Below, one piece after another: positions 47,572-60,091 of a DNA stretch of 64,000 nt; the stretch's first letter is position 1, and the number at the start of each line of letters is the position of its first letter. The position numbers and the translations under genes are program-made. Origin of the DNA: Gekko japonicus (taxonomy: Eukaryota). Below the pieces are notes generated by a model, which was not told the origin of the DNA, did no database searches, and was given only the letters and a program-made list of their open reading frames with translations. The stretch lies in assembly GCF_001447785.1 (NCBI RefSeq), contig NW_015159716.1, forward strand, positions 1,192,303-1,256,302. Reading direction: 5' to 3'.

Positions 47572-48084
47572 GGTTGCGGTTCCACGTGCCAAAAAAAATG
47601 GGGGGGGGGAGCGAGGCTATTTCCTTCGGAGGAATTTGACCCGCAGCTGCACGATCACACGTCCCTTTGAAGCTGCGGCCACAGTCTGTCAGTGCGTGAT
47701 CAGACGCAACTGCGGGTGGGCCTTTCCCCCCCCATGCGCTTAACCGAAGGGTTGATGAATCGCACCTCCCCACCGAGGGCTCCCTATGGAGTTTGCGATT
47801 ATGTGCATAACAACGGCATGGAGTTGGGATGGCCTGATCAGACCATCCCGATGCCATGGGAGCGTGCTGGAGCAATCAGACAGGGGAAAGTCCATCCATG
47901 GCCCATCGCAACCCATTAACTACCGGATTTTCCCTGGTGTCTTTTAACCCCACTTCTGTGGCGGAGCAGAATGGGTTGGCGATGGCTGCAGGGCGCTTCC
48001 CAGATGTTGTTGTCTGATCGCACCCTTTAAATCCTCCCAGCATTCGCACCTATGTCGGATCTAATTATGTGTATGATTGCAACC
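47572..48084. mobile_element. PIF/Harbinger-like non-autonomous element
   Basis: Ends ggttgc / gcaacc; TTA TSD on both sides; CpG-rich interior. Confidence 0.7.
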
Positions 48085-48664
48085 TTAGGTTCCTTCTCTC
48101 TGCTGTTGTTGGAACATCTGATGCTAGGGAATCACAGAGTTTGACCTTATGAACAAAGTAGCCCAGGGCGAGGTCATAACAAGGTATTCAGGAATTAGCT
48201 TGTGGAATTCACTGCTACGGGATGTGCAGATTGCTTTTTAAAGGATAGAGAAAAGGAATTAGTTCTTCACTCACGGAGTAATTACATTCCGTTGGCCATT
48301 AGCCCCCTCCCTCTCTGAATTGTGGCTATGGGTTAAGGTAAGAAAAACAGTTGGCCCATGCTAACTACTGAATTAAGTAACTAAACTGCTACTTCTCACT
48401 AAGTCAAGAACATATACTTTATTTATAGCTCACCTTTCTCACTGAGACTCCAGGTGGATTACATGACATAAAAATGTAAACAAATACCATGAGATATCTA
48501 ATAAACAGTGTAATAGGACATGCCATCCATCTCTCCTAAAGAGGCAACATTTTATTTTCCCATTAAAATAACTGTCATTTTTGTTGCTTGCTCTTCAACC
48601 CTTGCACATGTCACACAACTGAATTGCCATCTATAGGACCGTACCTTTGGTCCACTTAGCCAAT

Positions 48665-51575
48665 GGTGGTGTGTGCAATCGCCCACTTGATCAAACCCTT
48701 GAGGCTGATCTTGAGAAGGAAATAAGGGAGGTCACTGAAGCAGACAATTTTATTATACTGGGCGACTTCAACTACCCGCACATTGACTGGGTAAACATGG
48801 GCTCAAGTCATGCTGTAGAAATGAGATTCCTAGACATCTTAAATGACTGTGCACTGGAAGAGTTGATCACAAAGCCAATCAGAGAGGAAGTGATCTTGGA
48901 CTTGGTTCTGAGCGGGTTTCAAGACCTGGTGAGAGATGTAGAGGTTCTTACACCAGTTGGAAACAGTGACCACAATGCTATTAAGTTCAGCATTCACATC
49001 AATGGAAAGTTACTCCTAAAGTCCAAAACTGTAATACTTGATTTCAAAATGGCAAACTTTACAAAAATTAGGGGAATAGTAAAAAGGAAGCTTTTTAGGG
49101 GACAAAAGAGAGTCAAATCTCTAGAGGATCCTTGGAAGCTATTTAAAACCACACTAATTGAAGTCAAAATAGAATGCATTCCACAGGTTAGGAAAGGCAC
49201 TGCCAAGTTTAAAAGAAGGCCTGTGTGGTTAACAACGCAAGTCAAGGAAGCTATAAAGAGGTTTCTTTTAAAAAGTGGAAGGTCTGGCCCAGTGAATTGA
49301 ACAGTAGCGACCACAGCCTATGGCAAAATAAATGTAAGTCAATAATTAGGCATGCAAAAAGAGATTTTGAGAAGCAGCTTGCTAAAAGTATCAAGACAAA
49401 CAAGAAACATTTTAAAAATTATTTCTGAAGCAGAAAACCAGCCAGAGAAGCAGTGGGGCCTTTGGATGACAAAGGACTAAAGGCATTGCTCAAGGAAGAT
49501 GAAGAAATGGCAGAGAAGCTCAATGACTTTTTTGCTTCTGTGTTCACTGTGGAAAGTGTGGGCTCATACCCATGTCACAGCCTCTATTTTCAGGAAGGGC
49601 GTCTGAAGAATTGAACCAAATTGAGATGACCAGAGATGAAATTCTAGACCAATTGGGGAAATTAAAAACTGAAAAGTCTCCAGGTCCTGATGGCATACAC
49701 CCAAGAGTTCTTAAGGAACTCAATTGTGAGATAGTTGATCTACTAACCCATACACGTAACTATCTCTAAATTCAACTGCTGTACCAGAGGATTGGAGAAT
49801 AGCAAATAGTACACCAATTTTTAAAAAAGGGATCCAGAGAGGAACCAGGAGATTACAGACCAGTTGGCCTAAAGTGTCCCAGGCAAATAAAGAAGAAGAA
49901 GAAGAGATTGGATTTATAACCCGCCCTTCACTACCCAAAGGAGTCTCAGAGCGGCTTACAAACTCCTTTCCCTTCCCCTCCCCGCAACAGACACCCTGTG
50001 AGGTGGGTGGGGCTGAGAGAGCTCTTGACAGAAACTGCTCTTTTTCAAGGACAGCTGTGCCAGAGCTTGTGACTGACCCAAGGTCACATCAGCAGGTGCA
50101 AGTGGAGGAGTGGGGAATCAAACCCGGATCTCCCAGATTAGAGTCCGCACACTTAACCACTACACCAAACTGGCACCAAATAGAAACTGTAATCAAAGAC
50201 TTGTTAGGCACATAGAAGGGTAAAGCCTGTTGAGGGAAAATCAGTATGGTGTCCACAAAGAGAAGTCCTGCCTCACCAACTTTTTGGAATTCTTTGAGAA
50301 AATGAACAAGTACGTAGACAATGGTGACCTGGTAGACATTATATACTTGGGCTTTCAAAAGGCTTTTGACAAGGTACCTCACCAAAGACTCCTGAGTAAA
50401 CTTGGCAGTCATGGGATAAGTCTTATGGATTAAAAACTGGTTGAATGACAGGAAGCAAAGGGTAGGAATAAATGGATAGTTCTCACAGTCCCACAAGGAT
50501 CGGTGCTGAGGCCGGTACCATTTAATTTATCCTTAAATGATCTGGAGCTAGGGGTGAGTAGTTCAGTGGCCAAGTTTGCAGATGACACAAAATTATACAG
50601 GATGGTGAAAACCAAGTCTGTCTGTGAAGAGCTCCAAGAAGATCTCAACAAACTGGGTGAGTGGGCGGCAGACAGACAAATGAGGTTCAGTGTTGATGAG
50701 TGTGAGGTGATGCACATTGGCACGAAAAGTCCCAAATTCAGGTTTAGGCTAATGGGGTCTGAACTTGCTGAGACTGAGAGGGGAAAAGATCTTGGGGTCC
50801 TGGTGGATAGCTCAATGAAAGTGTCAACCCAGTGTGCTGCAGCGGTAAAAAAAGGCAACTCTATTTTAGGGATGATTAGGAAAGGGACTGAGAGTAAAAA
50901 GGTTGGTATTATAATGCCCCTGCATAGATCTGTGGTGCAACCTCATTTGGAATACTGTGTACAGTTCTGGTCACCGTATCTCAAAAGGACATTGCAGAGC
51001 TGGAAAGAGTTCAGAGGAGGGCAACCAGGATGATTCGGGGGTTGGGACACCTTCCCTATGAAGAAAGGCTGAAGAGAATGGGGCTTTTCAGTTTAGAAAA
51101 GAGATGACTAAGGGGGGAAGTTTATAAAATTATGTATGGGGTGGAGAAAGTTGACAAAGATAAATTTCACCCCCCCCCCAAAATACTAGAACTTGAGGGC
51201 CTCCAATTAAACTGATGGGCAGTAGGTTCAGGACAGACAAAAACGCCACTTTATACAGAGAGTGGTTAAAAGGTTGAAATTCACTGCCAGAGGATGTAGT
51301 GATGGCCACAGGAATAAACAGCTTTAAAGGGAGATTAGATAGATTCATGGAGGACAAGTTTATCAATGGCTACTAGCCACGATGACTGAAGGAAACCTCC
51401 ACATTTAGAGGCACTAATCCTCTGAACCCCAGAGCCAGGAGGCAACATCAGGGAAAAGTCTCAGCCTCCATGCCCTGTTGTTGGCCATCCAGAGGAACTG
51501 GTTGTCCACTGTGTGAGAGAGGATGCTGGACTAGAAGGACCATTAGTCTGATCCAGCAAGGCTTTTTTTACGTTC
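48665..51575 (+). mobile_element. CR1 LINE, 5'-truncated, decayed ORF2 (APE endonuclease and reverse transcriptase), with a SINE inserted at about 49889-50175
   Basis: Fragments ILGDFNYPHIDW, SDHNAIKF, KSPGPDGIHPRVLKEL, KAFDKVPH, KFADDTKL and [12 protein letters not shown]; several stops and frameshifts; CR1-type 3' UTR. Confidence 0.95.
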
Positions 51576-52011
51576 AAAGTCTCCCATTGGGGTCTTTCCC
51601 CAGCTATGCTCCTGAAATCCTTTTAACTTAGGAGGTCCCAGGGACAGAGGAGCCTAGGACCTTCTTCATTCCCAATTCACGGCCTGTTCCCCAAAGTGTA
51701 GAATGCTGTACAAAGTCAGACCATTGGCCTATCCAGCTCACTGTTGTCTGCTTCGACTGACAGTGACTCTCTGATGGGAGGGGGGAAAGGAGATTCTTTC
51801 CCAACTCTTATTATTCTTTAACCAAAGATGCTGAGGATTGAACCTGAGACCTACTGCTTGCAAAGCACTGAGTGACAGCCCCTTCCCTGAATCTGTCAGG
51901 CAAAGGAACGGCATTGGAGAGTAGGCTACCTTTCAGAAAAGCTTGTCCTCTCTTATTGATGTTCTCTGTGAGGAACCAGAATAAGCTTTCTTATAAGGCT
52001 TATGCTTGGAC

Positions 52012-52301
52012 CAGGCCCGTAGCCAGGATTTTTAAAGTCAGGGGGCATTTAAATTTCTTAAGGGGCACTGGCTAATCAAATTGAAAGTAATATAATTGAG
52101 TTTCTGAGGGAAATAGGTGCTGTTTGGCTCCAGGTGGCCACCGTAGCTGGTCCTTCATGCCAGACGGCTGTGCAGGAATACCTGGCTCCTTCCCCACACC
52201 TACCACTGCTCAGGGGCCCTTGGCTGGATGGGAAGTCGGGAGGCCTTGCCAGTAAGTCAGGGGGCCTAGCCCCAAGATGCCCCACTGTAGCTACGGGCCT
52301 G
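52012..52301. mobile_element. hAT-type MITE
   Basis: TIR caggcccgtagc / gctacgggcctg; perfect 8-bp TSD gcttggac. Confidence 0.88.
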
Positions 52302-54832
52302 GCTTGGACCCTTTAAACATCATCCCAGCATGTTCAGTGGGGCATCACTGCAGTGAGTAACTGCCTCACTGCTAATTTGTTGTCAGCCTCAGTGCTAATT
52401 AATGGCAGTCCTTTTGCATGTAGTTCAGTGACTTTGCATATGAAACTTAGTAGGGGAAAAAAACCCTTGGCCAGCAAAGAGCTCTCTCGGGCACAAGATG
52501 CAGCATCCTGACTATATCCGGTTTCACTTGGATTTGAACAAATCAGAAATGGGTAGTGTCCAGTGTTCCCTCTAAGCTGAGTTAGTGTGAGCTAGCTCAC
52601 AGTTTTTTAGCCTCCGGCTCACACATTTTTGTCCTAGCTCAAGAAGGATGGCTCCAGTACAAACTAATTTATGCAGTAACCAAATTGGTTGCTCACAACC
52701 TTAATGCCAGTAGCTCACAAAGTAGAATTTTTGCTCACAAGACTCTACAGTTTAGAGGGAACATTGGTAGTGCCTGGCTCTCTCTTCGTCACTGGATCCT
52801 CACAACAACCTTGTGAGGTAGGTGAGAGAGCAACTGGCCAAATATAGGTTTAAAGTATAGTGGGGTTTTAGACCTAAATCTCCCCGATCTTTGCCTGGTA
52901 CTCTAAATGCAGGTGTCCCCAATCTTATTGAACCTATGGACAATTTGGAATTTTGAGAACAGTTAGGGAGCACTACAATGAAATGGCTGTCATGGGAACC
53001 AATCACAAAATATTGGGAATTTCTACAAAATGTTAGGTGGTTCCAAGCCAAGCATCCCCCTATCATTTTTCCAAATGGGTGCTCCCTGGAGACCCAAAAG
53101 TGATGCCTCCTGGGCTCTTCTGAAGCACNNNNNNNNNNNNNNNNNNNNNNNNNNNNNNNNNNNNNNNNNNNNNNNNNNNNNNNNNNNNNNNNNNNNNNNN
53201 NNNNNNNNNNNNNNNNNNNNNNNNTGGATGCTGTGGTGTCCACAGGCACCGGGTTAGAGGCCACTGCTCTGACAACTATACCATTCTGGCTTTCTCGTCA
53301 TTATCATAAGCAGTAACAAAGCACTTCCAGGTTGTGGAGGCACTTCACATACAATACTTCACACCTGGTCTAAACAATATATTTGCCATGTTCTTGTCTG
53401 GTGACATGATATTTGGCAAGAGTACTTGTCACAGGTATTGACTGTTACAAATATTAATCTTCATGGTGTGATGTACAGGATTTTTTTTAAAAAATACCAC
53501 TTTCCTCAAAGCTGTAGTCATTTCTTATCCTGTAAGTCATTGCAAGTTTTTTAAAGGAAGTTGTAGAAGCCAGTAATTTGAAAGGAGAACCATAGACAAG
53601 GATGGCTAGAGAGTCCCCATTCTTTCAGAGAGTTTGGAATCAAAACTCATGGTGAAGCTGTTGAAGTGAATTCCTGAGGTGCCAAGCAACTAATTCAATA
53701 TGACAGATGCATGTGGAAAGTCTTATAGATAAACAAATACGTCATATGAAAACAGAAATGTCCTCTCGATGCCTGCATTGTCTAGATCAGGTCACAGTAA
53801 TTCTTAAAACTGCCCTGTAAGACAGGTTAGCTATTATTTCCATAAGAGATCAGTAACTCATATTGTCATCTCCACAACTGGAGGTTTGGGGAGGGGGAGA
53901 CTGAAGTTGAGAGAATAATTCCTTACCTAAAGCCATCCAGTGAATTGCCACCTATGGAAAAACTAACTTCCTAGCTCACAGGTCACACTTTTATCTAGGA
54001 CCCAAGTTCTGCAAATAACTGAATGGTATCTTAAGATCTTGAAAGATGAGAGTAGGCATTGAATGGAGTTTCCGATGTCTAGCAGATGGGACATCAAGTG
54101 TGCCCTGTACAGTTGTCCTGCTCCTATGGAATCTCGCCTTTGTTTCCTTTATTGTCCTTCTGCTTCCTGGAGTATGCTGACTGCAGTCCCCAGCAAAAAA
54201 GCAAACACAACAAAACAAAACCCTGTTTGAAAAGCTAGGCCCTGTAGAAACAGAGTAAAAATGTGCCAAACAGATATGAAAAAGTGAAAGTCATGTATAT
54301 GATCTGTTCTAGGGTTGCCAGGTCTGGGTTGGAAAATACCTGGAGACTTTGGGGGTGGATCCGGGAGAGGGTGGGGGGTTGGGGGAGGGGAGGGGACCCA
54401 GCAGGGTACAAGGCCACAGAGTCCCCCCTTCAAAGCAGCCATTTTCTCTAGGGGAGCTGATCTCTGTCAGCTGGAGATCAGTTGTAAAAGCAGATCTCCA
54501 GGCCCCACCTGGAGCCTGGCAACCCCAAACTGTTCTTAGGCATGCTTACTTGGAATGGAATTATATTGATTTCAGCAGGGCTTACTCTCAAGTAAATATG
54601 TTTTGGAAGGATCAGAGCCTGAGAGTTTTTTCTAGGGAAGGGCATAAAACATACAAAGCCCTTATCTCTGGGGGATGGGTTGTTTTTTTTACCAAATTCC
54701 TAGGTCACAAGGTGGGGCCTAAATGAGGGCAGGATGATTTGGGGATGGTACTTCTGCATTACCAAAGTGCTGCATCTAATTTTGTTTTAAATTGCATCCT
54801 CCCCTCCCCCTGTTGTCCCCCGCCATCCACAG

Positions 54833-54907
54833 CGGAGGAAATTGCAATCAGCTGGCCCCGGATAACTGCGTTTGCCGAATCTCACCGGAGAAGAGGACTG
54901 GCACCTG
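54833..54907 (+). CDS. ZNF-C 75-nt exon (AEEIAISWPRITAFAESHRRRGLAP)
   Basis: Acceptor cgccatccacag|CG and donor CTG|gtaagt; phase 1-1; paralog of 23298-23372. Confidence 0.9.
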
Positions 54908-55226
54908 GTAAGTCTGCTGCAGAAGCCAGACTTCGTGTTCCTCTTGCAACACCAGAGGATGCTGCAGAGTTTCTGGGCAAACATTGGGAGGGTGGCTTCG
55001 CACCTTAACGAGAAGCAGAAAACAGCAGACATGCCAGTGACTCAGTCTTGCCGGGGAGGAGAGACAGCGTGGCATAGCCCGATCTTGTCCGATCTTGGAA
55101 ACTAAGCAGAGTCGGTACTCGGAAGGGTACCAACCAAGGAAGACTCTGCAGAGAAAACTAATGGCAAACCACCTCTGCTTCTCACTTCCCTTGAAAATCC
55201 CTTGCTGGGGTCACCGTGAGTCAGCT

Positions 55227-55327
55227 ATGACTTGACGGCCCTTTACACACACACACAAAGACTTGCAGTTTATGTGTGATAAGAAATTGGTATGTTATGA
55301 CTTGACGGCCCTTTACACACACACGCG

Positions 55328-55371
<44 letters not shown>

Positions 55372-55410
55372 GACTTACAGTTTATGTGTGATAAGAAATT
55401 GGTATGTTAC
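55227..55410. repeat. Tandem duplication containing a (CA)n microsatellite
   Basis: tatgacttgacggccctttac(ac)n aaagactt.cagtttatgtgtgataagaaattggtatgtta occurs twice; the CA run is expanded in the second unit. Confidence 0.9.
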
Positions 55411-55909
55411 TCCCAAGGTGAAATGCACATGTTCTCCTGGGCACGTGGAAGTAGCCCATCTCACCATAGCAGAAACGCAGGCCTGGTCTCCACATAGGGC
55501 AGAATGGGGCAGGGGTGAGTGTGGAAGTGGTAGAACGGGTCATCCCACTTCAGCCTGCAGGGGAGGGAGCATCTTTCTGTAAGTTCCTCTACTCTAATCA
55601 TTCCTTGTAAGTGGGGAAATTAGCACAGTGAGTGAGTGCTGGTGTGTTGTGGGGGGTATGGGCTAGGATCTGGATATCCCAAGTTTGAATTCCTACTCTG
55701 CCACAAACCTTGCTGGTTGACACTGAGCTGCTTACCTACCTCACAGGGTTGTTGTAAGGATAAAGTGACACAGGGAAAACTATACTGCTGTGAGGTCCTT
55801 AGAGAAAGGGTGGGATAAAGCATGTACTAGATAGAAGCTATCTGTTTCCCTCTCCGATGTGCTATTTGTCCCAGGGGGCTTTTACAGGGGGTAGCATTAA
55901 GAATGCAGC

Positions 55910-55997
55910 GACCTACGGCCATACAGCCCTGAACACGCCTGGTCTCGTCTGACCTTGGAAGCTAAGCAGGGTCGGGCCTGGTTAGTCCTTGGATGGG
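55910..55997 (+). pseudogene. 3'-truncated 5S rRNA retropseudogene
   Basis: cctacggccatacagccctgaacacgcctggtctcgtctgaccttggaagctaagcagggtcgggcctggttagtccttggatggga matches about nt 1-88 of 5S rRNA; flanked by the 11-bp direct repeat aagaatgcagc. Confidence 0.88.
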
Positions 55998-56921
55998 AAG
56001 AATGCAGCCTCTGGCACCGGCTTTCCAGGATCTCAGGCAGATCTTTTTTAACTGGAGATGCCGGGGACTGAACCCGTGACCTCCTGCATGTAGAGCAGAC
56101 ACTCTGCCACTGAGCCGCATCTCCTCCCACCACTCGTTCTCAGCCCAACCTGCTTCAAAAGGTTGTCCTGAGGAAAAACCGGAGAACCATGTTCATTGGC
56201 CGGAGCTCATCGGATGAAGGGTAAAATAAAAATGGGCAGAGAGAAGAACACTGGTCAAGCGAGGGGTGGGATTCTAGGCAGAATCCTCATCCTCTCGTAG
56301 GCCGCTTGTCAGCCAGGGAAAATCAGATCTCCCCTGAAGAAGCCGGGCTGAGCAGCAAACTATGCTTGAGGTTCCCGATCAGTACCAGGCAACCAAAAAT
56401 GTAAATTGCAGAGGGGGAAGCAGGGGAGGAGTGGGGGGGGGAAGGAAATTGGATACAGATTTGATGGTTGCTAGGCAATTACCCTTTCTTTGCAGTTCCT
56501 CTTTAATTGCTTGCAGATGAGGAGTCAGAACCCGCCAGGTTGCTCTGGAAACGCACAGGGCACAATCTACGAGGCGCCTCTGCTGTGTAGCCTCCATGGA
56601 TTTCAGTGGCACACTGACAGACAGAAGCCCGGGTGGGACAGGGATTGGGCTTGTGCTGCTAGTAGCTGGTGGGGTTGCTGTGCTGGATCCGAATGGACTC
56701 CAGGGATAACCAACCACATCATGGGAGAAACGGGAAAGCATTTGATGATGTGGTGGCTCAAGCCATTTTATGGGTGGGGAACTGAGGAAGCAGCTATTGG
56801 CCCGAAAACCCGATAGAAGGAGTTGTGCTTCGTACCTGGGTTCAAACTCTTTGGATTCCCCCCCCCCAAAAGGGGCAGAAAGTGGGAAACACATAAAACA
56901 CATGAATCTGTCTTATACTAA

Positions 56922-57505
56922 GGCCACTTCCGCATTGTCATTTTTGTCACTCATTTGTCCCCAGGGCTAATTTTGGGCAGGAACGCACAGGAATGGAGTT
57001 CCGGCTGGCTCCCAAGTTGGCCACGCCCAGCAGGAACTCATCAGCATAATAGGCCTCACCCAACAGCAGAAACTCATTAGGATTGGCTACATTAGGGGTG
57101 TGTGGCCTAACATGCAAAGGAGTTCCTGCTACAAAAAGGCCCTGGGTTTTGACAACAAACAAGGTAAACAGAATAACAAGCAAAAGGTGGGTGTGGCTGG
57201 ATAACCACACTTCTGGTAACATGGGGGTGTGGCCTAATGTGGTAATGAGCTGTGCTGTCAGGGGTGTGGCCCAATAGGCTAATGAGTTCCTGCTGTTGCG
57301 TGTGGCCTATTATGCTAATGAGTTCCTGCTGGGCTTTTTCTACAAAAAGAGCCCTGTTAATTGTCCCTATTGCTTCAGGGTTCCCCCCTCCCATGTGTTT
57401 TGCTCTCTCTATAGTCCCAGAGGAAGCAAAACACATGGTGAAGGGGGGGGGACCCAAAGCAATAGGGAAAAACGAGTGACAAAAGTGACAGTGCGGAAAT
57501 TGTGT
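56922..57505. mobile_element. Palindromic MITE with a nested octamer-family hAT MITE (56962-57356)
   Basis: Outer arms ttccgcattgtcatttttgtcactcattt / aaacgagtgacaaaagtgacagtgcggaa; the inner element is nearly identical to 62125-62519. Confidence 0.75.
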
Positions 57506-57866
57506 CAGACCACTGGTTTATCGAGATCGGTATTGTCCCCTTAGACTGGCAGTCACTTTCCAGGGCATCAGACAAAGGTCTTTCGCATCAGCTGTGCTGG
57601 ATCCGCTTCACTGGAGAGGCTAGGGATTGAACCTGAGCATGGCTCCTCCCTCACTGAGCACAGAAGGTCCAGAGTACCTTTGAAGGCAGGTTGTGGGCAG
57701 CGGTGTGGGAGGACGTGGGCTTGAGGAGAGTCAGCAGGATGTGGGTGGGGAGGAATGACAAGTTGTGATGCCGGGTCTCTGAACGCATGACAGCCTTTTT
57801 CAATTCCCTTCTTCCAAGTTTCCTTTCCCAGACCCCAGGAGTCACTGGATTCTCTCATTGTTCCAG

Positions 57867-60091
57867 CAGATGATGGGATGATGAGTGACAATGGGAATGA
57901 GGACGAGGAGGAGGAAGAGGAGGAGGAGGAGGTGACGGCACAGCAGGATGGAGGAGGAAGAGGGAGAGAAGAAGACGGTGGCGGAGAGAATGTCGCGGTG
58001 GAGAAAGTGGACACCCAACCGGACCCTCTGCTGGAGAAGTCAAAGGAGAAGGCCGGCAGTGAAAGCCCGGGCCAGGCGGCCTTGGAGGAGCAGCCCAAGA
58101 AGCCCTCGGGGAAGAAACAGGGCAGCAGCAAGCCAGTCACTCACCGTGGCTTCAAGAAGTTCTCCCCCCGGGGCCACCATGGGCTGCTCGGCCATGCCGG
58201 GCGGTGCCTCGATTGCGGGAAGGGCTTTGGCTTTGGCAAGCGCTCACGGCTGCACAGTGGTGCTGGCCTGGAGAAGCCCTACAAGTGCAATGAGTGCGGC
58301 AAGTGCTTCCGCCTCAACTCCACCCTGGTGACCCACCAGCGGCGCCACACCAGCACCAAGCCCTACCGCTGCGCCGAGTGCGGCAAGAGCTTCAGCGTCG
58401 GCTCGGCCTTCATCCAGCACCAGCGCAGCCACGCGGGCAAGAAGACGGGCGTGAGCCCAGCTCGGCCCTGTGAGTGCAACGTTTGCGGCAAGAGCTTCGG
58501 TCTCCCGGCCCACCTCATCAAGCACCAAAAGCAGCACCTGGAGGAGAAGCCCTACAAGTGCACTGAGTGCGGCAAGGGCTTCAACTGGAACTCGCACTTG
58601 GAGCGCCATCGGCGCATCCACACTGGCGAGAAGCCCTACGTCTGCGAGGACTGTGGCCGTGCTTTCGCCTGGAGCTCCCACCTCGACCGCCACCGGCGCA
58701 TCCACTTTAGCAGCATCCAGGCTTCCCCTTGCAAGTGCTGCCTGGCATCCGCAACTGCGCCGGCTAGCAAAGCCAGCACCAAACCCTACCAGTGTGGTGA
58801 CTGCGGGAAGGGGTTTAACAAGAACGCGGCATTGTCCAAGCACCGGCGTGCGCACCATGCTACGGAGAAACCCTACGTTTGTGAGGATTGTGGCAAGAGC
58901 TTTGGACTGAACGGTGCCCTGCTTCAGCACCGGCGCACCCGCCACCCCGATGACTCTGCCAAGCCCTACACCTGCAGTGACTGCGGGAAGAGCTTTGCCT
59001 GGAGCTCCCACCTGGACCGGCATCGGCGCATCCATGCTGGCGACAAGCCCTACCACTGCGATGACTGCGGCAAGGGCTTCTCGCAGAGCTCCCACTTGGA
59101 GCGGCACCAGCGCGTGCACAGGAGTGCTGAGCACCCGCCCTGTCGTTGCACGGACTGCGGTTTCTTGGGAGCCCGGCGGAAGCGCCAGCGTGGGACCTTG
59201 CTGCCCTGCAAGTGCAGTGACTGCGGCAAGAGTTTCCTCTGGCGGCGCCCAGCTTGCAGCGAGTGCGGGAGGGGTGGGGGGGAGGGCGTGCGGCACCAAG
59301 GCACTCAGACTGGCGAGAAGCCCTACTCCTGTATAGACTGTGGCAAGTGCTTTGCCCAGAACTCGGCCCTGGCCAAGCACCGGCGCATGCACACCGGCGA
59401 GAAGCCCTACAAGTGCAACGAGTGCGGCAAAAGCTTCAGCGTGCGCTCCAACCTGCTGAAGCACCAGCGAACCCACCTGGGCGAGAAGCCCTACAAGTGC
59501 GGCGACTGCGGCAAGGGCTTCATCCAGAAGTCCGACCTCACTAAGCACCGGCGCATGCACACCGGCGAGAAGCCGTACCGCTGCGACGCCTGCGGCAAGT
59601 GCTTCAGCGTCAGCTCCAACCTCATCAAACACCAGCGCATCCACCTGGGCGAGAAGCCCTATGCATGTGGGGACTGTGGCAAGGCCTTCATCCAGCGCTC
59701 GGAGCTCACCATCCACCAGCGCACCCACACCGGGGAGAAGCCCTACAAGTGCAGCATCTGCGGCAAATGCTTCAGCCGCAGCTCCCACCTCAACCGCCAC
59801 CAGCGCACCCACAGCAACGACAAGGCCTCTGCTGGCATGGCCCCTGCCTCGCTGCTTGCTGGTGGCCCCGCCAAGCCTGCTGCTCCTCTCCCCGCCTCGG
59901 CCTTCTCTGCCTCCTTCGCTTCACCCGGCCCCCTCCCCACCCTGTCTTCTTTCACTTCTCCTCCCTCCCCCCTCTCCCTCCCTTCTCTCGATCTACCCTG
60001 GGCCCTGCCTTTCCCAGCCCGAGGCTTCCAACATCCGTCCTTCTCTTCGCCTGCCCCTTCCGGAGCCCAGGCCTCTTCCTTGATAAACTAG
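57867..60091 (+). CDS. ZNF-C final exon: poly-Glu linker, 15 C2H2 zinc fingers and Pro/Ser-rich tail
   Basis: ORF 57878-60091; tandem acceptor cattgttccag|cag|AT GAT GGG (57867 or 57870), phase 1. Confidence 0.96.

Noticed and set aside
48647-51033. Endonuclease and RT ORFs as an active or domesticated gene
   Set aside because: Multiple stops, frameshifts, an internal deletion near 50490 and a SINE insertion show it is a dead CR1.
54872-55105. LLQKPDFVFLLQ, superficially KRAB-B-like
   Set aside because: Lies past the strong gtaagt donor at 54908, in another frame, with no counterpart in the paralog.
56490-56816. Candidate extra ZNF-C exon after ttgcttgcag
   Set aside because: The phase-1 frame hits TAG after about 24 codons, and I found no compatible donor.
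58244-59812. 522-aa minus-strand ORF sharing its N-terminus with the ORF above
   Set aside because: Antisense shadow of ZNF-C; the shared sequence only reflects the 171-nt identical tract.
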